A DNA stretch of 64,000 bases from a plasmid. The notes under the pieces were generated by a model that made no database searches, was not told the origin of the DNA, and was given only the letters and a program-made list of their open reading frames with translations. The position numbers and the translations under genes are program-made. The stretch is taken from sequence record NZ_CP026049.1. One strand, written 5' to 3'. Within the stretch, counting starts at the first letter, position 1. Every line of letters begins with the position of its first letter. This document shows positions 41,506 to 50,600 of this stretch, one piece after another.

Positions 41506-42354
41506 TTAGTTTGCCGGGGTCGGAACTTGCTCAGGAACGGCCATAGAAAAACCCAGCCACTTCGTTTGTAGCTGCGCCAGTTTTCCCGATTTATTCAACT
41601 GCACAATGCCGTCGCTGATAAATTTGACCAGTGAGGCGCTATCCGCATCCTTTCTTCCGGCCCATGCGTACCAGGTGGCCGGGCCAAACGGTGGGCGTAC
41701 AATTTCAAACGTATCACCACGGGTCTTCACCAACGGCGCGAGGTTCGGCAGCGATTGCACAACCGCATCAACACGGTGCGCCGCTAATGCCGCATAGGCT
41801 TCGTTATAATCAATAAAGGCTTTTATTTCTTTAACGCCGTGACCGGTGGTGGGTTTAAGTACCGATGCTTCATATTCTTTTAGCACCGCAATTTGCGGCG
41901 CCCCGGCCTGGCTGGCGACAATCATGCCCTGGAGATCTTTGGCGCTATTAATGCGGCTATCCCCTTTGCGTTTCAGAATGGCCACGCTGGCGTCAGAAAA
42001 GGGAGCGGTAAAAGCAAATTTTGCTTCACGATCGCGAGTGATGGTTAAAGAGGTTGCCACAAAGTCAAATCGTTTGCTTTCCAGACCGGGTAAAATCCCT
42101 TGAAATGGAATATCCAGCTGAACCACTTTCACCCCGGGTAATCCTTTCATCACTTCCGTGAGAATATCTTTTCCCAGACCGACTATTTTGCCATCTTCAA
42201 GCATTTCAAAAGGGGCATAGCGCGCTTCGGTGGCAATCACTATTTCTTTTTTTTGCTTAATATCATCCAGTAAATCAGCCTGGGCCGTAGATATCAATAA
42301 TGGTGAAAGTTGTAAGGCAGACATTGAAAGTAATAGCCACAGTTTATTTTTCAT
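41506..42354 (-). CDS. periplasmic polar amino-acid substrate-binding protein (282 aa, signal peptide)
   Basis: It has an SBP_bac_3-like architecture and heads the ABC operon. Confidence 0.85.
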   Translation of the reverse strand: MKNKLWLLLSMSALQLSPLLISTAQADLLDDIKQKKEIVIATEARYAPFEMLEDGKIVGLGKDILTEVMKGLPGVKVVQLDIPFQGILPGLESKRFDFVATSLTITRDREAKFAFTAPFSDASVAILKRKGDSRINSAKDLQGMIVASQAGAPQIAVLKEYEASVLKPTTGHGVKEIKAFIDYNEAYAALAAHRVDAVVQSLPNLAPLVKTRGDTFEIVRPPFGPATWYAWAGRKDADSASLVKFISDGIVQLNKSGKLAQLQTKWLGFSMAVPEQVPTPAN

Positions 42355-42510
42355 CAGTGTTTCTCCGCGAGTTTGAATGACGCTGATAATATTTATTCAT
42401 TCGCTGAGCGGCGACAAACGGTGGTTTCTAACTGATAACTATTAGCACGGCTAATGGTGATTTTGGCATGAATAGTGCTTATTACAGGTTATTTAGCAAC
42501 AGAGAAACCG

Positions 42511-43464
42511 ATGATGCAACGAAAACCAGGTTTGCCGTCTCTCGACGGTTTACGCTACTTTGATGCCGCAGCGCGCAATCTCAGTTTTACCCGTGCCGCG
42601 CAGGATCTTTTTCTTACTCAGAGTGCAGTAAGCCAAAAAATTCAATCGCTTGAGCAGCAGCTTGGCTATCTGGTCTTTCACCGCACTCCCGCGGGACTAC
42701 GCTTAACCCCGCAGGGTGAACAACTGTTTATCGGAGTGCGCCAGGCCTTTGCCATCCTCGAAACTACGTTGCACCAAACCGGTGAAGAAACCCTTGAGGG
42801 CACCATAAAGATTCGGGTTATGCCGTCCTTTGCCACCAAATGGCTGCTTCCCCGATTGCATCAGTTTTATGAGCAGTACCCTATCAGCCTGGAAATTGAT
42901 GCCGATATGACGCCCGCCAATTTTAAATCTGACGCGGTCGATATCGCCATCACTCCTTTTTGGGTTGATGATAAAAATCTAATTCAACGGCATCTGTTCA
43001 ACGATGTGATCTATCCCGTGATCAGCCCGGATTTGTTGAAAACACGGCATCTGCGCAGTTACAGCGAACTCTGTGGTTTGCGCTTACTGCATGATTCCAT
43101 GCCGCAAAATGCCTATAGCACCCATTGGCGCTCCTATTTTGCCCGCCTCGGGCTCTATGACCTGAATGTCGAGGCGGGAACCGGATTTTCCCGCGCCGAC
43201 CTCGTACTCCAGGCCGCCTGCGCCGGCCAAGGAATCGCCTTAAGCCGTCACTCTTTGTGTGCGACGGAAGTGAGCAATGGCGCACTGATTCGCCCTTTTA
43301 CCGATATTGTCGAAGACGGACAGGTGTGGTTAACCTGCCCGCGTAATAATGAGAAACGGCCACGCGTTCAGGCGTTGATTAACTGGCTGACAGAAGAAAC
43401 CGCACGTCATATTGCAGAGCGAACGCAAATTCTCAGTGAATATACGCTGCATAAGGCCGGCTAA
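42511..43464 (+). CDS. LysR-family transcriptional regulator
   Basis: An N-terminal HTH …LRYFDAAARNLSFTRAAQDLFLTQSAVSQKIQSLEQQLG… is present. It is divergent from the ABC operon. Confidence 0.9.
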   Translation: MMQRKPGLPSLDGLRYFDAAARNLSFTRAAQDLFLTQSAVSQKIQSLEQQLGYLVFHRTPAGLRLTPQGEQLFIGVRQAFAILETTLHQTGEETLEGTIKIRVMPSFATKWLLPRLHQFYEQYPISLEIDADMTPANFKSDAVDIAITPFWVDDKNLIQRHLFNDVIYPVISPDLLKTRHLRSYSELCGLRLLHDSMPQNAYSTHWRSYFARLGLYDLNVEAGTGFSRADLVLQAACAGQGIALSRHSLCATEVSNGALIRPFTDIVEDGQVWLTCPRNNEKRPRVQALINWLTEETARHIAERTQILSEYTLHKAG

Positions 43465-43550
43465 TGACGGCAAATTAATAATCTCCGTTTGTAGCAAGAT
43501 ATCATTTTCCAGATGATGGCATCACGCCATTATCAACGACGGAGTTTATT

Positions 43551-44762
43551 ATGAGCATGCCAGATATTATTGAATTAGCTAATGGGCAAAAAGTTAAAGG
43601 AACGTTCAGCTCCCATGAAATGCAGCGCCGACTGTCGGGATTACGCGCCACCATGGAAGCAGACAGCATTGATGCAGTTATTTTAACCTCGATTCATAAT
43701 ATTAATTACTACGGCGATTTTTTATATTGTAGTTTTGGTCGCCAGTATGCCCTGGTGGTGACACCGAGCCAGTCATTTTTAATTACCACCAATATCGATG
43801 GAGGTCAAGGATGGCGCCGCAGCTACGGTGCAAATATCGTTTACACGGACTGGCAGCGCGATAATTATTACCGTGCAGTACGTAAAGTGGTTCCTGATAA
43901 TAGCCGGCGGATTGCACTGGAGGGCGATCATGTAACGATCGAACAGCGCGCTAAATTTTGCTATTACCTTTCTCAGACACAGTTTATTGATATTGCACCG
44001 GCGACGATGCGTATGCGCATGATTAAGTCTGCCGAAGAGATTGCGCTGATTAAAATTGGTGCTCAGGTCGCCGACCTCGGCGGCGCGGCATGCGTCGCAG
44101 CGATTGCCGAAGATGTTCCGGAGTATGACGTTGCCCTGGCAGCCACCTCGGCGATGACCCGGGAAATTGCGAAACGTTTGCCGCATGTTGAATTGCGCGA
44201 TACCTGGACGTGGTTTCAGTCTGGCCTGAATACCGACGGTGCTCACCATCCGGTGACGACCCGTCGCCTCAAGCAAGGGGATATTTTATCACTGAACTGT
44301 TTTCCCATGATTGCCGGCTACTATACCGCGCTGGAGCGTACGCTGTTCCTCGGTCAGCCTAGCGATGAGCAATTGCGTCATTGGGAGATCAACTGTGAGG
44401 TGCACCGCCGTGGGCAGGCGCTCATCCGCCCTGGCGCCCGTTGTTGCGATATCGCCGCCTCGCTTAATGAAATTTATCGCGAGCATGACCTGCTGCAGTA
44501 TCGGACTTTTGGCTATGGTCACTCCTTCGGCGTACTGAGCCACTATTATGGCCGCGAAGCCGGTTTAGAATTACGCGAGGATATTGAAACCGTTTTAGCG
44601 CCGGGAATGGTAGTCTCAATGGAACCGATGATAATGCTGCCAGAGAACATGCCGGGACACGGCGGTTATCGCGAACACGATATCCTGGTTGTCACCGAAA
44701 ATGCAGCAGAGAACATTACCCATTTCCCTTATGGTCCTGAGCATAACATTATAGAAAAATAG
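43551..44762 (+). CDS. M24-family creatinase/prolidase-like hydrolase (403 aa)
   Basis: A creatinase N-domain is joined to an M24 pita-bread domain (…FGYGHSFGVLSHYYGREAGLELRE…MVVSMEPMIMLPE…GGYREHDILVV…). It is creatinase/ectoine-hydrolase-like. Confidence 0.85.
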   Translation: MSMPDIIELANGQKVKGTFSSHEMQRRLSGLRATMEADSIDAVILTSIHNINYYGDFLYCSFGRQYALVVTPSQSFLITTNIDGGQGWRRSYGANIVYTDWQRDNYYRAVRKVVPDNSRRIALEGDHVTIEQRAKFCYYLSQTQFIDIAPATMRMRMIKSAEEIALIKIGAQVADLGGAACVAAIAEDVPEYDVALAATSAMTREIAKRLPHVELRDTWTWFQSGLNTDGAHHPVTTRRLKQGDILSLNCFPMIAGYYTALERTLFLGQPSDEQLRHWEINCEVHRRGQALIRPGARCCDIAASLNEIYREHDLLQYRTFGYGHSFGVLSHYYGREAGLELREDIETVLAPGMVVSMEPMIMLPENMPGHGGYREHDILVVTENAAENITHFPYGPEHNIIEK

Positions 44763-44798
44763 CAGATAAGCATGCCTAATGTAGAATGCATCAATATA

Positions 44799-44826
44799 TC
44801 AGCACCTTCTGGTGCTGATTATTTTG
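44799..44826 (+). terminator. rho-independent terminator after the M24 hydrolase gene
   Basis: The hairpin atcagcacc-ttc-ggtgctgat is followed by tatttt. Confidence 0.6.
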
Positions 44827-44860
44827 GCCGGCTTTGTAATATGTGTGTCATGATCTAAAT

Positions 44861-45916
44861 GGCTTTGTTGAATAAATCGAACTTTTGCTGAGTTGAAGGA
44901 TCAGATCACGCATCCTCCCGACAACACAGACCATTCCGTGGCAAAGCAAAAGTTCAGAATCACCAACTGGTCCACCTACAACAAAGCTCTCATCAACCGT
45001 GGCTCCCTCACTTTCTGGCTGGATGATGAGGCGATTCAGGCCTGGTATGAGTCGGCAACGCCTTCATCACGAGGAAGGCCCCAGCGCTATTCTGATCTCG
45101 CCATCACCACCGTTCTGGTGATTAAACGCGTATTCCGGCTGACCCTGCGGGCTGCGCAGGGTTTTATTGATTCCTTTTTTGCCCTGATGAACGTTCCGTT
45201 GCGCTGCCCGGATTACACCAGTGTCAGTAAGCGGGCAAAGTCGGTTAATGTCAGTTTCAAAACGTCCACCCGGGGTGAAATCGCACACCTGGTGATTGAT
45301 TCCACCGGGCTGAAGGTCTTTGGTGAAGGCGAATGGAAAGTCAGAAAGCACGGCAAAGAGCGCCGTCGTATCTGGCGAAAGTTGCATCTTGCTGTTGACA
45401 GCAACACACATGAAGTTGTCTGTGCAGACCTGTCGCTGAATAACGTCACGGACTCAGAAGCCTTCCCGGGCCTTATCCGGCAGACTCACAGAAAAATCAG
45501 GGCAGCCGCGGCAGACGGGGCTTACGATACCCGGCTCTGTCACGATGAACTGCGCCGCAAAAAAATCAGCGCGCTTATTCCTCCCCGAAAAGGAGCAGGT
45601 TACTGGCCCGGTGAGTACGCAGACCGCAACCGTGCCGTTGCTAATCAGCGGCTGAGCGGAAGCAATGCACGGTGGAAATGGACAACGGAATATAACCGTC
45701 GCTCGATAGCGGAAACGGCAATGTACAGAATGAAGCAGTTGTTGGGAGATTCACTGACGCTGCGTGACTACGATGGTCAGGTAGCGGAAGCTATGGCCAT
45801 GGCGCGTGCGTTGAACAGGATGACAAAGGCTGGGATGCCAGAAAGCGTGCGTATTGCCTGAAAATCCAGCCAGCTACAGGGTCGTTCGCAAGAAATCTTA
45901 TTTATTCAACAAAGCC
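44861..45916 (+). mobile_element. IS903 (1056 bp)
   Basis: The 18-bp IRs are ggctttgttgaataaatc at 44861 and gatttattcaacaaagcc ending at 45916. No 9-bp target duplication is present. Confidence 0.9.
44893..45861 (+). CDS. IS903 transposase (IS5 family, IS903 group)
   Basis: …KQKFRITNWSTYNKALINRGSLTFWLDDEAIQAWY… matches the IS903/IS903B Tnp. Confidence 0.9.
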   Translation: MKDQITHPPDNTDHSVAKQKFRITNWSTYNKALINRGSLTFWLDDEAIQAWYESATPSSRGRPQRYSDLAITTVLVIKRVFRLTLRAAQGFIDSFFALMNVPLRCPDYTSVSKRAKSVNVSFKTSTRGEIAHLVIDSTGLKVFGEGEWKVRKHGKERRRIWRKLHLAVDSNTHEVVCADLSLNNVTDSEAFPGLIRQTHRKIRAAAADGAYDTRLCHDELRRKKISALIPPRKGAGYWPGEYADRNRAVANQRLSGSNARWKWTTEYNRRSIAETAMYRMKQLLGDSLTLRDYDGQVAEAMAMARALNRMTKAGMPESVRIA

Positions 45917-46077
45917 ACAAAGGTGGCGAAAATAAATGGAAGCAGCAAATATATTTTACGTTTCATTTTTATTCCTTTAAAAGTTTCAGTGTAGATAAAA
46001 GAATGCCCGACTGCTAAAGAGGTTAAATTCTTTAGCAGGAGCATTTACAGATAAATTTATTTGTGGCAGAGAATGAA

Positions 46078-46665
46078 TTAAAGCGTCTGACTCTGTATTC
46101 GGGCACTCAGGCGGCTCTGGCGCACTCTCCGTTCACGGGCATAGTTTTCTTCTTCTGGCGTCACGGTCGCCACAATATTTCCCTGCAGGTCATACCGGGG
46201 AGCGCCAGCCTGCATCAGGGAAAGATACTCTTCTGAACGCGTCAGGCTTTTCAGGCACTTAATCACCTGTTTATGCGACAGCGGGAGGTTGCGTTGCGTA
46301 ATGTCCGCAAACAGATGATCACGCATCCCCGTCGCCAGCAGACGTGGCACATTACCGTCGAACAACTGTGGCCAGAACGCCTTCAAAGTCATGATGGCCT
46401 GTTCCGGCGGCAGCAGGCGCAGATATCGGACCGGAGGCGGTGGCTTTACCGCGTTGACCACCGGCGCAGATTCACGTGCTGCGGCTTCGTCAGCCTTTTT
46501 GGCCCGCTCCAGCTTCTCCTTCTTTACCTTCCAGGCCGGAGGCGTCGTGACCACCACCACTTTTTTACGCCGTACCACTACGGGCGTCTCAGGGGTCCCG
46601 GTCGCCGCGGTATCCGCTGCCGGCTTTCTTTTCAGACTCAGTACAGGGCGTTTTTCTTCAGTCAT
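46078..46665 (-). CDS. finO: fertility inhibition RNA chaperone FinO
   Basis: MTEEKRPVLSLKRK…TTPPAWKVKKEKL… is collinear with F FinO. Confidence 0.9.
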   Translation of the reverse strand: MTEEKRPVLSLKRKPAADTAATGTPETPVVVRRKKVVVVTTPPAWKVKKEKLERAKKADEAAARESAPVVNAVKPPPPVRYLRLLPPEQAIMTLKAFWPQLFDGNVPRLLATGMRDHLFADITQRNLPLSHKQVIKCLKSLTRSEEYLSLMQAGAPRYDLQGNIVATVTPEEENYARERRVRQSRLSARIQSQTL

Positions 46666-46806
46666 AACAAGGTTTTTTATCTGACAGGAACCAGACTATA
46701 AGATACGTGAACACGGTCAAAAGCGCATCCTTTCAGGGCGTAGGCCCCGTTTATCCTAATATTAGATGTCTGCGCAATTGCTGCCCGGACTGATGTCCGG
46801 GCTTTT

Positions 46807-47532
46807 TTACATCGAGACAACGATACCCAGCACCGCCAGATGCACGGCATAGAACATCACGAAGAAATGACGTGGCCAGAAACGTTTCACACGTTCCCCG
46901 GCAGATGAACACACCATCAATGCCAGCAGCGCAATGGTCAACCCGGCCACCGACTCACTCACGTCGTTCGGGTTCATCAATAACACCATGATGGCCCACA
47001 GCACGCCGTATTCCAGCCGTTCCGTAGCACGTTCTGCCCGACAGAGAAACCAGCCGGCGATAAGCATGCCCACCCCGGCCGCACCGTAGCTGCCGGATGA
47101 CAGCGGTATCCACGCCGCCAGGAGTGTCATGGCCAGCAGAACATATTGCCGGGAAGGCTGGCTGAACCACCGCAGGGCCTGGCCGGTCACCGCAAAGGCA
47201 AACAGAATATTCCCCGTGTACCACGGATATCCAATCAGCATAAAAGACACCTGGGCGACCAACGCCCAGCCCCACAGACTGTTCAGCTGCGACTGGCGAA
47301 TTTGGCCGTGCCGCGCCAGGTTCACCCCCCACACCAGACCGAACAGCGGAAAACATCCCCGCCCCAGCAGGCGCATGATCTCGTTATTGTGGGCCAGCAA
47401 TAAGCCTGCATGGTCGGTGACCATCAGGACCAGGGCCACCGTTTTAATCATATCCGTCTGCCCGGGCGTCCAGGTCAGGAGTGCCTGCAGCCAGCGGTCA
47501 GCGGCACTGAGGCGCATTACATGTGTTGTCAT
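46807..47532 (-). CDS. traX: F-pilin acetylase TraX
   Basis: It is a polytopic membrane protein (…MIKTVALVLMVTDHAGLLL…) in the TraX position. Confidence 0.85.
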   Translation of the reverse strand: MTTHVMRLSAADRWLQALLTWTPGQTDMIKTVALVLMVTDHAGLLLAHNNEIMRLLGRGCFPLFGLVWGVNLARHGQIRQSQLNSLWGWALVAQVSFMLIGYPWYTGNILFAFAVTGQALRWFSQPSRQYVLLAMTLLAAWIPLSSGSYGAAGVGMLIAGWFLCRAERATERLEYGVLWAIMVLLMNPNDVSESVAGLTIALLALMVCSSAGERVKRFWPRHFFVMFYAVHLAVLGIVVSM

Positions 47533-47624
47533 CTTTATGTCCTTTTTATCCCTTACATCGCGCCCCGGCAGGGTGCCCGATTTTTAATCGGGAAGGATGC
47601 CGGGGCAGACAAGCCGCAGGCGCG

Positions 47625-50600
47625 TCAGTCGCCCCCGAGCGTTTTCTCACGATTGAGATCACGAACCATATCGCGCTCCATCTGCTGCAGGCGCTCCCGC
47701 TGAAGGCTCTCCTGAGCCACCTGCTGAACGGCCGCTTCCTGTTTCCGGGTCTGTGGATCGTCGGGCAGGGTCATCTTCTCTTCACCCGGTTTTTCGCGCT
47801 CCAGACCGCGAATGACGTCTCCGATGACCTCTTTTACCCGGTCTTCAGATTCGCCGGCTTTACGCCCGTCCCCGGCCACTTCCCGGGCAGTCTGTTCCGC
47901 CTGTTTCTCCATATTCTGACGCTGCGCCTCTTCCGCGGCCCGCTGTGCCAGCACTTCTGGCGGAAGCGGAATGTCAGTTCCTGCCGCCTCCGGTGAAACT
48001 ACCGGTATCGGATCTGCCCAGACGCGTCCGCCGGTGATGGCGCCCGGATTCCAGGGGCGGTCATCGCCAGCAAGGCGCACTACCACGCCGCTGTCAGGGT
48101 TATCGCGGGCGACCCTGACGCCCTCTCCCATATTCCCGGCCAGCAGGCTCTCGCCGTTCCGGCTCCCCTGCAGCGCCACAAAGCGGGCATCTTCATTGCC
48201 CATCACCCGTCCCACGCCCCCCATCACCTGCAGGCGGCCGTCGCTGTCCGTCAGCGAACTGAGCCAGATCCCGGCTTCTTTCCCGTTCTTGTCATACACC
48301 GGCAGCGCCACGTGGGGCTGCGGATACTGTTTTCCGGGCGAAATGAATTTTCCGGGCGATATCCCCTTCGCAAGGCCGGACTGCTGCAGCGCCGCGCGGC
48401 CTGCCGCGGTTTCATTCATCGGTCGCGCACGGCTGAACAGCTGCTCCGCAGTGTGTACCGCCCGGTCATTACGCGGCGCAAGAATATCGTGCGCCGTCGC
48501 TTTCGAGGGCGAGGCATTAATTGCTTTTATCCAGCCCTCCCGGCTGTCGGTATAGACCTGAACATGCTGTTTCATACGCGATAACCCGACATAGGCGGAT
48601 TCGAAGCTGGCCATCGCTTTTCGGCCCTCCGCCACGCCCTCCAGCGCGATGGCAAACGGTTCACTGGCCCCCTGGGCCCCGTGAGCGGTAATGGCATACG
48701 CCAGATCGATATGGCGTTGCGCCTCGTCGGCCTTCGGGTTCAGTGTCCGGGAGGTTTTGCCGTCCGAAAACGTGACACTGTCACCTGAGACGGATTTTAC
48801 CTCCCACACGCTGTTGGCCACATAGCCGCGCTCCGGGTCACTTTTGCTGAAGCGCATTCGGTCCCCCTCAGACACGGTGATATCTTCCCGGCGATAGAGC
48901 GTCACGCCTTCTGCCGATGCCTCCCGGGGTGAGATAAATCGCTCCTTTCCTTCACTGTCTGTCAGGGTGATCAGCTGATTATCCTTATCCACTTTGCTGA
49001 TACGGTGGTATACGTTATCAACCAGCGCCACCGCCTCCTTGTGAGCCGTCCAGGTCGACAGTCTGCGCAGTTCACCGTCACGGATGTTACTCGTGACCAG
49101 CACCGGCAGGGTGATTTCCTCTTTGCCGGTTTCCCCGTTCTCCCGCCGAGCGTCATGGATCAGACCGTTCAGCGCCCGCCGGTCCTTATTCAGATGGGTG
49201 ATCACCAGCGTCTGCGACTGTGCCTCCGGGGTGCGACCAGCGTAGTCCTTCACCAGAGCCTCGTAGAGCGTCGCGGGCTGACCTGCCGGCACGCTTTCGC
49301 CTTTCTTCAGTGCCTCCTGAATCGCCTTCTCCTGTGCCCGCGTGAATTCCACCACAGAACTGCCCGGCGCCCAGGCGCCTTCTTTTCTCGGCACTTGCTC
49401 CGGCGTGACCTGCTCAATGGTGGTCAGGGCGCGGTGCACATCCCGGTCAATCAGGCTGTAGACTGCCGGTCGCAGCTCAGGTACCTGGCGCACAATCTCT
49501 TTCATGATGGCCACATCCGCGGCGCTGCGCTGCTGCATCAGCCTGAACGGCTGCCCCGGCGAAATGGACTGCAGCTGGTCGGTATCCCCGCTGGACACTG
49601 CGCGACCTCCCCCGGCCGCAATAAGGCTCAGGGCTTTCGCCTTGTCTGACAACCCCACCATCGAACTCTCATCGATCAGAAACAGCGTGTTGCTGAAATC
49701 GGGTGTCTGCCCGTTGCGCAGCAGCAGCAGCAGCAGCAGCGTGTCGTGGAGGAACGACGCCGTCGTCCGCGCGTCCACGCCGGCGCTCTGCATTTCCCCG
49801 ACCGCGCGATGTGTCGGCGCCAGACCGATGACGCGCGGGCGGGTCTCTTCCGGCAGCAGACTGATGGCACTCGTGACAGCCCGGAACTGGGTGGTTTTCC
49901 CCACCCCGGCATACCCCTGAACCACCGTGAACCGGTCCGGGGTTTCCAGAATCATCCGGGTCGACGCCCGCTGTCCGGCGGTCAGGCCCGTCATCAGACT
50001 GGCCGGCACGCGGTCCATCAGGGGGGCCACCGCGTCTTTGCCTTCAAGTACCCGGGTCAGGATGCTTTTCTCGGCATCCCAGGTCTGCCTGGATATCAGC
50101 AGGTCGTTGCCGTGGCCAGAAGAGACGCTCACATTCAGCAACTGCCCCGACCTGATTTGTGCCTGAATGGTCGTGTCGATATCCGCCATCGATACCTTAC
50201 CGCCCCCGGTTTCCAGCGCCGTGGCCAGCAACTGTGGCCGGGTAAACGTCAGGTCATCGCTTTCCAGCAGGGGAACGGAAAGGTGGATGGCCTGCTCTGC
50301 CGGGGTATGCAGCCCGGCCTTCTGCTGTGCGATGGCCGCATCGAGGTCTGTCTCTCCGGAACGGGCCTTCAACTGCTCCGACACCACGCTGAACGCGGTA
50401 TGTCGCGCCAGCTTCTCCATCGTGCGCGCCGCATCCTGCGCGGAGTACAGCCGGAGGTGACTTCCGCTCTGCGCCAGCTGGTTGAGTGTGGCGTTATCCA
50501 GCTCACGCTGCGTCACAGACGCAAAAACCGTTGCCGTCTCGCTGACCGACCTGCCGGGACTTTCCACCCAGCCGTGCCCGACCTCGATACCGTCGAACGG

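Noticed and set aside
43779-44276. 165-aa minus-strand ORF within the M24 hydrolase gene
   Set aside because: It is an antisense artefact.
44831-44848. ggctttgtaatatgtgtg, a partial IS903-IR-like sequence 30 bp before the real IS903 IR
   Set aside because: Only the first 8 nt match. It is most likely coincidence rather than a second IR or a miniature element.
46782-46806. Hairpin gcccggactgatgtccgggc + tttttt between traX and finO, oriented as a plus-strand terminator
   Set aside because: The orientation is opposite to the minus-strand tra transcription. It may terminate convergent transcription from the IS903 side, but that is not supportable from sequence alone.
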